Source: Candidatus Peregrinibacteria bacterium (GTDB lineage: Bacteria > Patescibacteriota > Gracilibacteria > UBA1369). From it: a stretch of DNA of 64,000 bases. Made by a program: the position numbers and the translations under genes. The DNA lies in NCBI GenBank assembly GCA_963708185.1, contig OY970195.1:1-64000 (forward strand), written 5' to 3'. The notes below the pieces were generated by a model. It did not search any database and had not been told where the DNA came from. It was given only the letters and a program-made list of their open reading frames with translations. Of this stretch, positions 27,649-38,140 are shown piece by piece; within the stretch, counting starts at the first letter, position 1; every line of letters begins with the position of its first letter.

Positions 27649-28200
27649 ATGACATCCAAAACCATGGGAGCAGTGGCTCTTTCTACCCTTGCTCTTTCTC
27701 TTTTAACCGGCTGTGCGAGCATACAGGACCAGATCGCCAAACAGGTGGCTTCAAGCGTCGTCAATCAGGCCAGTGGAGGTAAAGTGAACATGAGCGATCA
27801 AAACGGAAATATTACGTTTAAAGACAACCAGGGCAACGTTGCCCAGATCGGCGGAGGAGACCAGCGTCCTGCTTCGGTTCCGTCCGACATGCCAAGCCTG
27901 CCCGGTGCGACAGGTTACGGATGGTTCGGGAGTAAGGACGGAGGTATTTTGACCTTTACCACAAATGCCGATTTCAATACGGCCTGCACCCAGATGGTCA
28001 CGATGATCAAAGGCGCCGGATGGGCGGAAAACGCGAACGGATTCAACATGGAGGTCGCTGGAAGCAAAACCACTGTGTATCAGAAAACCGGGTATGGACT
28101 CACTTTGACCTGCGCTTCGGATAGCGATAACAAGGTGACGTCGATCACGTTGACGAAAACGACAGACGACAGCAGCGGATCCAACACTTCCTCGAGCTAA
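27649..28200 (+). CDS. lipoprotein, paralog 1
   Basis: Lipobox LLTGC; shares its core with the downstream gene. Confidence 0.8.
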   Translation: MTSKTMGAVALSTLALSLLTGCASIQDQIAKQVASSVVNQASGGKVNMSDQNGNITFKDNQGNVAQIGGGDQRPASVPSDMPSLPGATGYGWFGSKDGGILTFTTNADFNTACTQMVTMIKGAGWAENANGFNMEVAGSKTTVYQKTGYGLTLTCASDSDNKVTSITLTKTTDDSSGSNTSSS

Positions 28201-28233
28201 TCGGTTGCACTTTATCGTTTGACCAAACACGTC

Positions 28234-28716
28234 ATGACCGTGAAAAAATTTTCGGGAACCATCGCGATGCTCGGTATCTCCGGGCTTCTGCTCGGCGGCT
28301 GTGCCGGTGCGGCTCAAAACAGTTCGGCTGACCAGAATACTTCCACGTTCACCAATTCCGAAGGGCAGCAGGAAACGGCGAGTTCGGGTGATCAACGCCC
28401 AGCTGAAGTTCCCGCTGACGTTCCGAGCCTTTCCGAAGGGAAAGATTTCGGTTGGTTGGGAACGCAGGATACCGGGAGCCTTAATTTTGTCATCGACTCC
28501 ACGGACTTTACGGGAGCCTGCGACCGGTTGGGAACGATGGCCAAGTCTTTCGGGTGGAATGATTATCCTGAAAGCAATTCCAACGTGACGAACGATACGG
28601 GCAGAACGGTTATGTACAAAAAGACAGGCTATGCGCTGGAGATTTCCTGCGTCAGCCGCCAGGACGGTGGATCGAGAATAACCTTAACGAGAATCGCGGA
28701 CGAGACGTTACAATAG
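28234..28716 (+). CDS. lipoprotein, paralog 2
   Basis: Lipobox LLGGC; GDQRPAxVPxDxPSL..GWxG..C..GW..YxKTGY.L...C is shared with the upstream gene. Confidence 0.8.
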   Translation: MTVKKFSGTIAMLGISGLLLGGCAGAAQNSSADQNTSTFTNSEGQQETASSGDQRPAEVPADVPSLSEGKDFGWLGTQDTGSLNFVIDSTDFTGACDRLGTMAKSFGWNDYPESNSNVTNDTGRTVMYKKTGYALEISCVSRQDGGSRITLTRIADETLQ

Positions 28717-29565
28717 TTTTGCGGTGATTTTTTCATAAGCCCGGATGAGTGCATTCCATTCGTCCAGGCTTATGTTTTGCGGACGTTCGGTTGAAGCGAT
28801 GCCGCTGATCCTGAACAGTTCGGCGGTTTGTTCCGCTGTGAGGCCGAGCCCGTTGCGCAGGGAGTTGGAAAGTGTTTTGCGCCGTTGGTGAAAAGCTGCT
28901 TTGGCCAGCCTGAAGAAGAGTTTAAGGTTGTTGACGCGCGGATGGGGAAAGGGTTCGATCTTGAGAACCGCAGAATCTACGTTGGGTTGGGGGAAAAAGC
29001 TGCCTTTTCCTACGTTACACACGATGGAGGGCTTCCCGAAAACCTGGACCTCCAGGCTGAGCAGGGTGTGATCGCCGTCTTTGGAACAGATTTTTCGGGC
29101 GACTTCCTTTTGGACCAGCAGGACAATGATTTCTGGCCTTTGTTCCTGCGGAGTGGAAGGCTGGAGAAAGTGGTTGAGAATGGGCGACGTGATGTAGTAG
29201 GGGATGTTGGCGACGAGTTTGTATGGTTCGTCCGGTAAGGGAAAACGGAGCGCGTCTTGATGGACGATCTCAACGTTTTCAACTCCCGTCAGGTTTTTTT
29301 TGAGGACCGGGATGATGTTCCGGTCAAGTTCTACGGCGATCACTTTGCGGGCGTGTTTGGAAAGCTGTTCAGTGAGGATGCCCAGGCCGGGTCCGATTTC
29401 GACGACGAGATCCCTGTCGTTGATCAGTGCTGCTTCGATGATTTTTTCGAGGACGGCCGGGTTGACCAGAAAGTTCTGGCCGAGTTTTTTCTGCGCCCAT
29501 AAATGTTCTCGCTTGAGGAGTTCGATCAGCTCTGCAGTGTTTGAATAGATCATAGGTTGTGTCAC
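28708..29565 (-). CDS. rsmA: 16S rRNA m6(2)A dimethyltransferase
   Basis: LGQNFL, EIGPGLG, VANIPYYITSP and QRRKTL. Confidence 0.97.
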   Translation of the reverse strand: MTQPMIYSNTAELIELLKREHLWAQKKLGQNFLVNPAVLEKIIEAALINDRDLVVEIGPGLGILTEQLSKHARKVIAVELDRNIIPVLKKNLTGVENVEIVHQDALRFPLPDEPYKLVANIPYYITSPILNHFLQPSTPQEQRPEIIVLLVQKEVARKICSKDGDHTLLSLEVQVFGKPSIVCNVGKGSFFPQPNVDSAVLKIEPFPHPRVNNLKLFFRLAKAAFHQRRKTLSNSLRNGLGLTAEQTAELFRISGIASTERPQNISLDEWNALIRAYEKITAKLL

Positions 29566-29837
29566 TGGATGTCGGGATGGATTTCTACAAGTTTCAAGCG
29601 GGCTTTTTCTCCGCTCAGGATCATGATGTGCTGGTATTTGACCTCGAAGAAATCGCTGAGGAGCTCAATGAGTTCTTTATTTGCTTTGCTGTGTTCCGGG
29701 GCCGCTTTGAGTTTTATCTTGAGCGTGCCGTCGGCCATGAGGTCGCCGATTTCGTGTCGTCCGCTTTTGGGGATGACACGGACCCGGAGGCGGATGGTTT
29801 CTCCGAGCGAAAGTTTCGTTTTCAGTTCAGCGAGCAT
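29562..29837 (-). CDS. DUF167 (UPF0235) protein
   Basis: VRVIPKS..LKIKLKAAPE..KANKELIELLS..ILSGEKARLK. Confidence 0.88.
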   Translation of the reverse strand: MLAELKTKLSLGETIRLRVRVIPKSGRHEIGDLMADGTLKIKLKAAPEHSKANKELIELLSDFFEVKYQHIMILSGEKARLKLVEIHPDIQ

Positions 29838-32727
29838 GGATGGTTGGTGAGATTTTGGCTTTGGGTTTTCGGCGGTTCTTGAAGAATTTTCTTGTTTCTT
29901 CGGCGACGATGACCAGGATACTGCAGCCTCCGATAATCAGCCATTCCGAAGCGTCCAGGCTTGCGGTGTGAAAGTAGATCTGAAAGAAAGGAACTTCCAC
30001 GATGAGCAAGGCCATACCGAAGGAAATGAGAATGGACCAGAGCAGCGTAGGGTTGCCCAGGAATTTCAGTTTGAACAGCGAGGTATCCACGCTTCGCGAA
30101 TTGAGGGCGTTGGCAAGTTCGATGGTCACCATGAGGACAAACGCCAGCGTGGACGCCTTGAGGTAGGCCATGCTGTCTCGCCCTATGGTCTGTTCAAAGG
30201 TGACGTGGAGGCGAGAGAGATCCCACATGTAGGCGATAAGGGTCAACGCGCCAACGACAAATCCGATGAAGAAAAAATGCAAAATGAATTCGCGGTTGAG
30301 GATTTTCTGTTTGGGGTGGCGGGGGTTGCGGTCCATGATGTTTTTTTCGGCCGGTTCGACGCCGAGTGCTATTGCGGGCAGTACGTCGGTGGTGAGGTTG
30401 ACGAAGAGGATGAGGATGGCGGGAAGAGGGACGGGCAGGTTGAGGATAATCGCCCCGAAAATGAGGATTAACTCGCCGATGTTGGAGGAGAAAATGTAAA
30501 AGATGAACTTCTTGAGGTTTTCGTAGATGGTGCGACCTTCCTGCACCGCCGAAACGATGGTAGCGAAGCTGTCGTCGCTCAGAATCATGTTGGCGGCTTC
30601 CTTGCTGACGTCGGTTCCGGTTATGCCCATGGCGACGCCGATATCTGCACGCTTGAGGGCTGGGGCGTCGTTGACGCCGTCGCCGGTGACGGCGACGATC
30701 TCACCGTTTTCCTTGAGAGCGGAAACAATTTTGAGTTTGTCGGCGGGACTTACCCGGGCAAAGATGATATCGAGGTATTTCTGGGCAAGGATTTTTTTCA
30801 GTTCCGTGACGGACATTTTTTCGAGCTCTTCGCCGAAAATGATGCGATGCCCGCTTTCCTGGACCAGGCCGATCTGTTTTGCCACGGCTTCGGCGGTGAG
30901 GCCGTGATCGCCCGTAACCATATAGACTTTTATTCCGGCGCGCTGGGTCAATTGGATCGCTTCCGCCGCTTCGGTGCGCGGAGGATCGACCATCCCCATC
31001 AGTCCCAGGAAAATGAGGTTTTGCTCGATGTCCTGTTGTTTGAGCTGGATTTTTCCACCCACCTGAAACTCCCCTCCGGGTTCATGTTTGAGTTTGCGCA
31101 GTTCGTGGGGGGTGAGTTCACGGTAGGCGAAACCCAGGCAGCGGAGAGACTCGCGTGCCATGACTTCGTTTTTTTTGAGGAAGTCGTCATAGGTTTCTTC
31201 GTCGATGAGCACGGGATGATTGTTGAGCATCACGTGACTGCACGCACCAAGGATGCTTGCCGGAGATCCTTTCGTCAAAACGTAGACCTTTTCGGAATCG
31301 GGATCTTTGACGAGGATCGTCATGCGCTTGCGGGTCGAGTCAAAAGGGTATTCGTGGATTTTTTCGTATCTGGTTTTGGCTTCTTCCAGATTGAAGCCGC
31401 TTTTCCTGACCGCGGTGATGAGCGCGGCCTCCGTGGGGTCGCCGATGACTTTCCAGGTTTTGTTTTCGTACTCAAGGTCGGCGTTGTTGCAGAGTCCGGC
31501 GGTCAAGAGCAGGGGATGGAGCGATCCGTACATTTCAGGATGGTCCTTGCCAAGTTTTGCCAGATCCTGACGGTTTTTTTCATAATCTTCATACGGGTCC
31601 TGGGCGTTGCCGATGGTGATGCAATTTTCGTCGGTGTGTTCTATGTGGATCGAACCGCGCGGATCGTAGCCCACGCCGCGGACCGAAGCATTATACCGGT
31701 CGAAGTAGATCTCTTTGACCGTCATTTCGTTCTTGGTGAGAGTACCGGTTTTATCGCTGCAGATGACCGTTGTCGCGCCGAGCGTCTCCACGGATGAAAG
31801 CTGTTTGACGATGGCGTTCTTTTTAGCCAAACGCTGGACGCCTATGGCGAGGGCGATGGTGATGGTTGCCGGGAGTCCTTCGGGAACGGCGGCGACCGCG
31901 ACCGACGTGGCGAAAATAAGGGTATCGATAATGCCTTTCTTCTGCAGCAGCACGCCCACCACGAACAGCACCGCCGTAATAAGGAAGGTGATTTTTCCCA
32001 CGAACACGCCGATGTTCTGAAGTTCTTTTTCGAGCGGGCTTTTATCTTTTTTGGTCTCCGTGGTGAGTTTGGCGATTTTTCCCATTTCGGTATGCATGCC
32101 GGTGTGGAGCACGACAGCCCGCCCGGTTCCGTGAGTGACCATGGTTCCCATGAAAACCTTATGGATTTTTTCCGGTTCATGGTCCCAGTTCGCTTCATAA
32201 AGGATGGACGATTTTCCAACCGGGACGGATTCGCCGGTAAGGATGGCCTCCTGGGTTTCCAGTTCGTTTTCTTCAAAGATAAGGGCGTCGGCGTTGACGG
32301 TGTCACCTTCTTCAAGGATCAGAATGTCGCCGGGAACCACGTCGGCAGCCGCGATTTTGATCTGCTTGCCGTCCCTGAGCACCCGGGCCTGCGGGGTGAT
32401 GAGCTTCCGTAAGGCTTCGATGGCTTTCTCGGCCTTGTACTGCTGGGCGAAACCGATGCAGGCGTTAAGGATGACGATGAAAATAATGATGATGGCGTCG
32501 GCGGTCTCCCCGCTCAGAAAAGCCAAACAAGCCGCCACGATCAGAATGATGACCATGAGATCCTTGAACTGGTCGAGAAATTCCAGAATCAGCGGGCGTT
32601 TCTTTTTTACTTTCAAAAGATTTGCCCCTTTTTCCGCGAGGACTTTTTTTGCTTCGTCCGAACTCAACCCTTTCGGCGTTGAAAGGTGTTTTTTCAGAAA
32701 TGCCTCGAGATTTTTGTTCAGGGACAT
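29827..32727 (-). CDS. P-type II (Ca2+-type) cation-transporting ATPase
   Basis: LTGES, VPEGLP, CSDKTGTLT, MVTGDH, TGDGVNDAPAL and NLTTD. Confidence 0.95.
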   Translation of the reverse strand: MSLNKNLEAFLKKHLSTPKGLSSDEAKKVLAEKGANLLKVKKKRPLILEFLDQFKDLMVIILIVAACLAFLSGETADAIIIIFIVILNACIGFAQQYKAEKAIEALRKLITPQARVLRDGKQIKIAAADVVPGDILILEEGDTVNADALIFEENELETQEAILTGESVPVGKSSILYEANWDHEPEKIHKVFMGTMVTHGTGRAVVLHTGMHTEMGKIAKLTTETKKDKSPLEKELQNIGVFVGKITFLITAVLFVVGVLLQKKGIIDTLIFATSVAVAAVPEGLPATITIALAIGVQRLAKKNAIVKQLSSVETLGATTVICSDKTGTLTKNEMTVKEIYFDRYNASVRGVGYDPRGSIHIEHTDENCITIGNAQDPYEDYEKNRQDLAKLGKDHPEMYGSLHPLLLTAGLCNNADLEYENKTWKVIGDPTEAALITAVRKSGFNLEEAKTRYEKIHEYPFDSTRKRMTILVKDPDSEKVYVLTKGSPASILGACSHVMLNNHPVLIDEETYDDFLKKNEVMARESLRCLGFAYRELTPHELRKLKHEPGGEFQVGGKIQLKQQDIEQNLIFLGLMGMVDPPRTEAAEAIQLTQRAGIKVYMVTGDHGLTAEAVAKQIGLVQESGHRIIFGEELEKMSVTELKKILAQKYLDIIFARVSPADKLKIVSALKENGEIVAVTGDGVNDAPALKRADIGVAMGITGTDVSKEAANMILSDDSFATIVSAVQEGRTIYENLKKFIFYIFSSNIGELILIFGAIILNLPVPLPAILILFVNLTTDVLPAIALGVEPAEKNIMDRNPRHPKQKILNREFILHFFFIGFVVGALTLIAYMWDLSRLHVTFEQTIGRDSMAYLKASTLAFVLMVTIELANALNSRSVDTSLFKLKFLGNPTLLWSILISFGMALLIVEVPFFQIYFHTASLDASEWLIIGGCSILVIVAEETRKFFKNRRKPKAKISPTIHAR

Positions 32728-32730
32728 AGG

Positions 32731-33393
32731 TTATTGTAAATGTTCCAGTCTCCATTTTTTGATGTTGGCGTGGTGTCCGCTCAAAAGAACCTCGGGTACG
32801 GGTTTTCCTTTGAAGGTTCTCGGCTGGGTGTAATGGGGATACTCTTTTTTTCTTTTGAGGGCTTTGGAAAAACTTTCTTCCTCGGTTGAGGCTTCTTCAC
32901 CCAGGACGCCGGGGACGAAGCGGCTCAGGACGTCCATCACCACCATCGCGGGGAGCTCGCCTCCGGTCAGAACGTATTTGCCGATCGAGATCTCTTCGTC
33001 GACGGCAAGGTCGATGACGCGCTGGTCCACGCCTTCGTAGCGTCCGCAAAGAATGATAAGGCCGTTTTTTTTGCCTTTTTGGATTTTTTTATAGAGTTTT
33101 TCGGCCGATTGCTGGGTAAAAAGATTTCCCCTCGGGCTCATGTAGATCACAGGCCCTTTGTTGAGTTTTTTGACGGCCCTGATGCAATCGTAGATCGGCT
33201 GGGCCATCATCACCATGCCCGGACCTCCGCCAAAGGGAGGCGCATCCACTTTATGGTGCTTTTCTTTGCTGTAGGTGCGGATGTCATGAACGTGAATGTC
33301 GATTTTTTCCGATTGGATGGCTCGTTTAATGATGCTTTCCTGGAGGTAAGAGTCGAAAATATTTGGAAAAATGGTAAGGATGTCGAAGCGCAT
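32731..33393 (-). CDS. trmD: tRNA (guanine-N1)-methyltransferase
   Basis: MRFDILTIFP, GGGPGM, CGRYEGVDQR, YVLTGGE and LLSGHH. Confidence 0.97.
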   Translation of the reverse strand: MRFDILTIFPNIFDSYLQESIIKRAIQSEKIDIHVHDIRTYSKEKHHKVDAPPFGGGPGMVMMAQPIYDCIRAVKKLNKGPVIYMSPRGNLFTQQSAEKLYKKIQKGKKNGLIILCGRYEGVDQRVIDLAVDEEISIGKYVLTGGELPAMVVMDVLSRFVPGVLGEEASTEEESFSKALKRKKEYPHYTQPRTFKGKPVPEVLLSGHHANIKKWRLEHLQ

Positions 33394-33488
33394 GAAACAA
33401 AAAAAAGACTTTGTCGTCATTGTATCATAGGTGTTGTAATGAATGAATTATGGTATAATTATAAACTCTAGCAGTTTGAACATTTTCT

Positions 33489-35060
33489 ATGGTCCAGAAA
33501 TTTGCACCGGAATCGGAAAATTCAGAACAGCCATTGAACAGTCTCGAGCTTGAAGCCGGGATTCCGGTCACCATCAATGAGAAAGAGTTTCAGGAGGGGA
33601 CAGTCCTTGAAGTCTTCAGTTCCAATGGAAATCCGATCCTGACTTTGCGGAAAAACCCCCATGGAAATCAAGGGGAGCGTTCCTGTGCCCTCGAGATGAT
33701 TGACGGGCATAAAATCCTTTTGCCCGTGCCTTATTTTCATAGTACGTCGCAATATTTCATCGACGTCAAAGACAACGGAGATATTGAATTAAAGGTTCCG
33801 GCCGAAGGCAAGAATCTCCTCTACCGGCTCGATGACGGTCAGCGCGATATTTCGTCGATTCGAAGCAAGATCGTTGAGAAAGGCGAGCTGAGTCCCGAGT
33901 GGCAGGAAATACCTCTCCAGGATGACCAGTCCCTGGCTTTTTATAACACAAAGAAGGTCTGCGTGGCCCGCTTGTATAAAGTTCCCCATACCACCGAGTA
34001 TATTTTGCGGGACGCGCATGGAATCGCGAGGGAACACTTTATTGAAGGAGAGTCTGCGGAAACTCCCGCAAAAAATTCAAAGAATATTTCGATCGAAGTG
34101 AAACAGGGGAAGTTTCTCATAAAAGGCGGACATAAGCTGCAGATGGTCATAGAACAACTGCCGTCTTTTGAGAAAATTCCCGGGGGTGCCGCGGGATCTT
34201 TTGAAGACGACACAGCTGTGCTGCTGACCGGCACCATAAACGGTGGACGGAGAATAGCTTTGGGAAGTTTCCGCGAGGTAGGTGTCGTGAAAACGGAATA
34301 TTCCGATTGCAACGAGGATAATGCCGGATTCAACATTGATACAGCCGTCGTCGCAGACGGTCTCGGCGGAAACATGAACGGTTCCCACGCATCGGATTAT
34401 GCCGTCGAGTCTTTACTGAAATCCCGGGCGAATTTCAAACAGGCCCTGAATAACGCCCACGAACGGATGATCCTTTTTACCAGCGCTTTCCGACAGCTCC
34501 AGGAAGAAGCCCGCGATTCGCAGGATGCGTGGTTCGATAACGGGCAACTCGCTCAGGTTCCCGTTCCCAAAATAGCCGTTCCGGATACGGTCATGTGCGC
34601 TGTCCGCTTCAATGGCGATGCGATGGAAACGATGGTTCTCGGAGATTGCGCCATTTACGTGGTTCGTGACGGAAGGATTGTTTACCGGTCACGGGAACAT
34701 ACTTATGTGGCCCAGCAGGTGGCCATGGGGAAGATGACAAAACGGGAGGCCATGACTTCTGAGCTTCGCAGTATCGTTGGATCCACCATGGTTGGGGCAT
34801 TTTCTCCGGACCTTGACACTTTTCAGCTTCAAAAAGGGGACAGCATTGCATTGATGAGTGACGGCGGTATCATGCCAGACAGCGTCATCGTCGACTGTGT
34901 TCAGGGCAACACGCCGGAAGTCGCCGTCAAACGTTTATTCGAAGAAAAACGCGATGAAAATATTCTCGGAGGGGCGTATTACGATCCCGATGACGGTGGC
35001 GCACCGGTGGCACAGTCATCGAAAGACAATACCTCCTATCTCGTGATTGAACACGATTAG
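33489..35060 (+). CDS. PP2C/PPM-family phosphatase with a long unknown N-terminus
   Basis: NED, VADGLGG, GDC, LMSDG and DNTS motifs in the C-terminal half. Upstream TGgTATAAT at 33451-33459. Confidence 0.8.
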   Translation: MVQKFAPESENSEQPLNSLELEAGIPVTINEKEFQEGTVLEVFSSNGNPILTLRKNPHGNQGERSCALEMIDGHKILLPVPYFHSTSQYFIDVKDNGDIELKVPAEGKNLLYRLDDGQRDISSIRSKIVEKGELSPEWQEIPLQDDQSLAFYNTKKVCVARLYKVPHTTEYILRDAHGIAREHFIEGESAETPAKNSKNISIEVKQGKFLIKGGHKLQMVIEQLPSFEKIPGGAAGSFEDDTAVLLTGTINGGRRIALGSFREVGVVKTEYSDCNEDNAGFNIDTAVVADGLGGNMNGSHASDYAVESLLKSRANFKQALNNAHERMILFTSAFRQLQEEARDSQDAWFDNGQLAQVPVPKIAVPDTVMCAVRFNGDAMETMVLGDCAIYVVRDGRIVYRSREHTYVAQQVAMGKMTKREAMTSELRSIVGSTMVGAFSPDLDTFQLQKGDSIALMSDGGIMPDSVIVDCVQGNTPEVAVKRLFEEKRDENILGGAYYDPDDGGAPVAQSSKDNTSYLVIEHD

Positions 35061-35108
35061 CAGCTGTGTGTGGTGCTGGGTTACGCCTGATGGGCCCGGA
35101 GGCGTTTT

Positions 35109-35531
35109 TTAACGTTTGCTGAATTGCGGTGCTCGACGTGCGCGCTTGAGACCCGGCTTTTTGCGTTCCTTGACGCGGGCGTCGCGAGTGAGAAACCCGG
35201 CCTTTTTCAGGGTGGAGCGGAAAGTGTCGTTGTATTCGAGCAGGGCACGGGAAATCCCGTGGCGGATAGCGTCGGTTTGGGCGTTGATGCCGCCGCCGCT
35301 TACTTTTACGGAGATATCGAAGTTTTTGGTCATGCCCGTGAGTTTGAGCGGAGCTTTGATCACGGAATGACCGGTGGCAGTTTTGATGAACTCATCGACC
35401 GGTTTGTCGTTGACGGTGATGACGCCTTTGCCGTTTGAATAGAGGCGTACGCGGGCTACGGCGGTCTTGCGTTTCCCGAGACCGTAGTAGTATTCCTGAA
35501 GTTTGGATTTAGCTTTCGTGGTTTCTGCCAT
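35109..35531 (-). CDS. rpsI: 30S ribosomal protein S9
   Basis: [10 protein letters not shown]; C-terminal [10 protein letters not shown]. Confidence 0.98.
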   Translation of the reverse strand: MAETTKAKSKLQEYYYGLGKRKTAVARVRLYSNGKGVITVNDKPVDEFIKTATGHSVIKAPLKLTGMTKNFDISVKVSGGGINAQTDAIRHGISRALLEYNDTFRSTLKKAGFLTRDARVKERKKPGLKRARRAPQFSKR

Positions 35532-35561
35532 TTTTTAGGATGATAGGTTGTAGATGTTCGA

Positions 35562-35993
35562 TTAGAGTTCGAGTGGTTTCGGTTCCTGGGCAATCTGCTT
35601 GTGTTCACTGCCGCCGTAGACCTTGAGTTTTCTCAGGATGTCTTTCTTCAGTTTGTTCTGAGGGATCATGCCGGCAACAGCCTTGAAAATGATGTCTTCA
35701 GGTTTCTTTTCCAATAAACGCTGAGGGGTGGTCGATTTTAAACCGTTTGCGTAGCGGGTATGGTGGTAATAGACCTTCTGGGTGGTCTTGTTTCCGGTGA
35801 ACCTGATCTCCTTGGCGTTGACGACGACGACAAAATCGCCGCAGTCGAGGTGAGGGGAATAGAGGGCCTTGTGCTTTCCGCGGAGAATATCGGCGATTTT
35901 CGTGGCAACACGTCCGACGGTTTTTCCTTTCACGTCAACGAGAAACCATTGGCGCTTGATATCGGTGTTTTTGGGGGAGTAAGTCTTGTTCAC
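35562..35993 (-). CDS. rplM: 50S ribosomal protein L13
   Basis: WFLVD..GRVAT..LRGKHK..PHLDCGD; GTG start at 35993. Confidence 0.97.
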   Translation of the reverse strand: MNKTYSPKNTDIKRQWFLVDVKGKTVGRVATKIADILRGKHKALYSPHLDCGDFVVVVNAKEIRFTGNKTTQKVYYHHTRYANGLKSTTPQRLLEKKPEDIIFKAVAGMIPQNKLKKDILRKLKVYGGSEHKQIAQEPKPLEL

Positions 35994-36018
35994 TGTTGAG
36001 AAATTGATAGGGTGTAGA

Positions 36019-36372
36019 TTAAACCAGTTCGATCTGGACGATCGGAGCCGCGTCACCTGCGCGGAATTTGATCGGAGTGATACGGGTGAAACCGCTTGTT
36101 CTTTCAGCATAACGTTTGGTGAGCTCTTCCATGACTTTGCGGGATGCGAGTTCACTGTGCAAGACGCTGTTGAGTGAGCGGATGGCGAGACGTTTTTCTT
36201 TTTTCTTCGCCGCGTTGATCAGTTCATCGATCAGAGGCTGCACCGCTTTGGCTTTTGCCTGAGTCGTCTGGATTTTTTCATGGATCATCAGTGACGTCGC
36301 AAGATTTCCGAGCATGAGCCGGCGCGTATCACGTTTAAGTCCTAAAGTGTTTTTTCTGTGCTGGTGCCTCAT
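36019..36372 (-). CDS. rplQ: 50S ribosomal protein L17
   Basis: MRH..IQTTQAKAK..GFTRI..RAGDAA. Confidence 0.97.
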   Translation of the reverse strand: MRHQHRKNTLGLKRDTRRLMLGNLATSLMIHEKIQTTQAKAKAVQPLIDELINAAKKKEKRLAIRSLNSVLHSELASRKVMEELTKRYAERTSGFTRITPIKFRAGDAAPIVQIELV

Positions 36373-36412
36373 TGAGGATGGAAAGTAGAGAGTATTAAAA
36401 TGATTGTGTCGA

Positions 36413-37390
36413 TTATTCTTCGGAGAGCATAAGGTCTCGTGACTTCAGCGCGTTCTTTACTTCAGTGAGAGCCTTTTTACCAAACCCGCGGAGATTCGTC
36501 AACTTGCTTTCGGTGCATTTTGAAAGTTGTTCGATGGAACCGATGCCTCCATTGATGAGGGCATTGAGAGTTCTCGGTGAAAAGCCCAGGATTTCAATCG
36601 GAGTGTAGCTTTCCTGAACCGGCTTGTTCTTTTCTTCTGCCTGTTCTTTTTCTACGATCTTCTTGAAGTCGGACATGTAATCCGCTTCAACCATGGCGTT
36701 TTCCTGATTGAAGAGGTTGTAGTACGACTGAAGGATGTTGGAAGCGAACTTGACGGCGTCTTCCGGAGTGATGGAGCCGTCGGTCATGACTTCCAGCATG
36801 AGTTTGTCGAGGTTCGTCATCTGGCCCACGCGGGTAGCTTCTACATCGTAGCGGGCCTTTTTAACCGGGCTGAAGACTCCGTCCAGGATCATGAGAGCTG
36901 GATCCACGCCGTCTTCCTTCTGGCGTGCATGGGCAGGCATATACCCAACGCCTTTTTCAATGCGGAGTTCCATATTGAGTTTCGCACCTTTTTCCAGAGT
37001 GGTGATGTAAAGGTCCTTGTTGAGGATTTCAACGTCGCTCGGGCACTTGATGTCTTTGGCGTAGACGGGGCCTTCCTTGGAGACGCTCAACGTGCAGGTG
37101 GTAGGTTCCTTGCTGGCCTTCTTGATATAAAGTCCTTTGAGGTTGAGGGTGATGTCGAGCACACTTTCCTTGACTCCTTTGACCGTGGAATATTCATGGC
37201 TCACACCGTCGATTTTGATGCCGGTGACGCTTGCTCCGGGCAAGGAAGAAAGAAGAACGCGACGAAAAGCATTACCAATGGTCATGCCGTATCCCGGTGG
37301 GAGCGGGCTGACGGTGAAAATGGCATGATTATCACTGACCTTTTCAGTTTTAATCTTTGGAATGCCGATTTCTTCTTGAATGTAATGCAT
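36413..37390 (-). CDS. rpoA: RNA polymerase alpha subunit
   Basis: PLPPGYGMTIGNAFRRVLLSS; C-terminal domain NLRGFGKKALTEV. Confidence 0.98.
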   Translation of the reverse strand: MHYIQEEIGIPKIKTEKVSDNHAIFTVSPLPPGYGMTIGNAFRRVLLSSLPGASVTGIKIDGVSHEYSTVKGVKESVLDITLNLKGLYIKKASKEPTTCTLSVSKEGPVYAKDIKCPSDVEILNKDLYITTLEKGAKLNMELRIEKGVGYMPAHARQKEDGVDPALMILDGVFSPVKKARYDVEATRVGQMTNLDKLMLEVMTDGSITPEDAVKFASNILQSYYNLFNQENAMVEADYMSDFKKIVEKEQAEEKNKPVQESYTPIEILGFSPRTLNALINGGIGSIEQLSKCTESKLTNLRGFGKKALTEVKNALKSRDLMLSEE

Positions 37391-37471
37391 TATGTTGAGG
37401 TTTAAAGGATGACATACCTTTTTGGTTTGTCCCTGCCGGGACGGAGAAAGTTCCCCTTTAAAATGGGGATA

Positions 37472-38089
37472 TTAAGCTTTCGAATAGTATTCAATCACCA
37501 TGCTTGTCTGGATACCCTGTTCAAGTTCCTGGGGTTCGATTTCACGGGTGACTTCACCGGTAAGGGTTTTGTAATCCACCTTGATCCATTTTGCCGGCGC
37601 AAACTTTTGCTTTTCGAGATCTGAAAAGAGTTTCGATTTTTTCAGACGTCCAATGGCTTCGAACTTGTCGCCGACGGTCACTTGGTATGAAGGGACGTTG
37701 ACCTTGCGGTTGTTGACTTTGAAAAGGCCGTGGCTGACCATCTGGCGAGCCTGTGGACGGCTCTTGGCGAGGCCGGCCTTGAAAATAACGCTGTCGAGAC
37801 GTTTTTCAAGAAGTTTTAAAAGTGCGTTACCGGTAACCTCTTTCATGGTACTCGCTTTCTTGTAGTAGTTGAAAAGTTGGCGTTCCGTAATGCCGAACAT
37901 GATTTTAATGCGCTGTTTTTCACGAAGCTGGCGTGCAAATTCGGACTTCTTGGAGAAGCTTCCCTTTGGGCCGTGCATGCCCGGTTTGTAGTTCTTTTTG
38001 ATCTTGTTGGTATCGAACTTTTCGTTACCGAAGAGATTCATTCCTTCTCTTCTGACCAAACGCATTTTGGGACCGGTATATCGTGACAT
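37472..38089 (-). CDS. rpsD: 30S ribosomal protein S4
   Basis: MSRYTGP, QLREKQ, LEKRLD and ARQMVSHG. Confidence 0.98.
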   Translation of the reverse strand: MSRYTGPKMRLVRREGMNLFGNEKFDTNKIKKNYKPGMHGPKGSFSKKSEFARQLREKQRIKIMFGITERQLFNYYKKASTMKEVTGNALLKLLEKRLDSVIFKAGLAKSRPQARQMVSHGLFKVNNRKVNVPSYQVTVGDKFEAIGRLKKSKLFSDLEKQKFAPAKWIKVDYKTLTGEVTREIEPQELEQGIQTSMVIEYYSKA

Positions 38090-38140
38090 GTGAGAACAGT
38101 ATAAGGTGGATAATATAAGGTGCGGGTAAGCCGCTGCGCT

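Noticed and set aside
37391-37471. Small hairpins in the rpsD-rpoA spacer (and rplO-secY, 42475-42537)
   Set aside because: Stems are only 4-5 bp, too weak to call without covariation.
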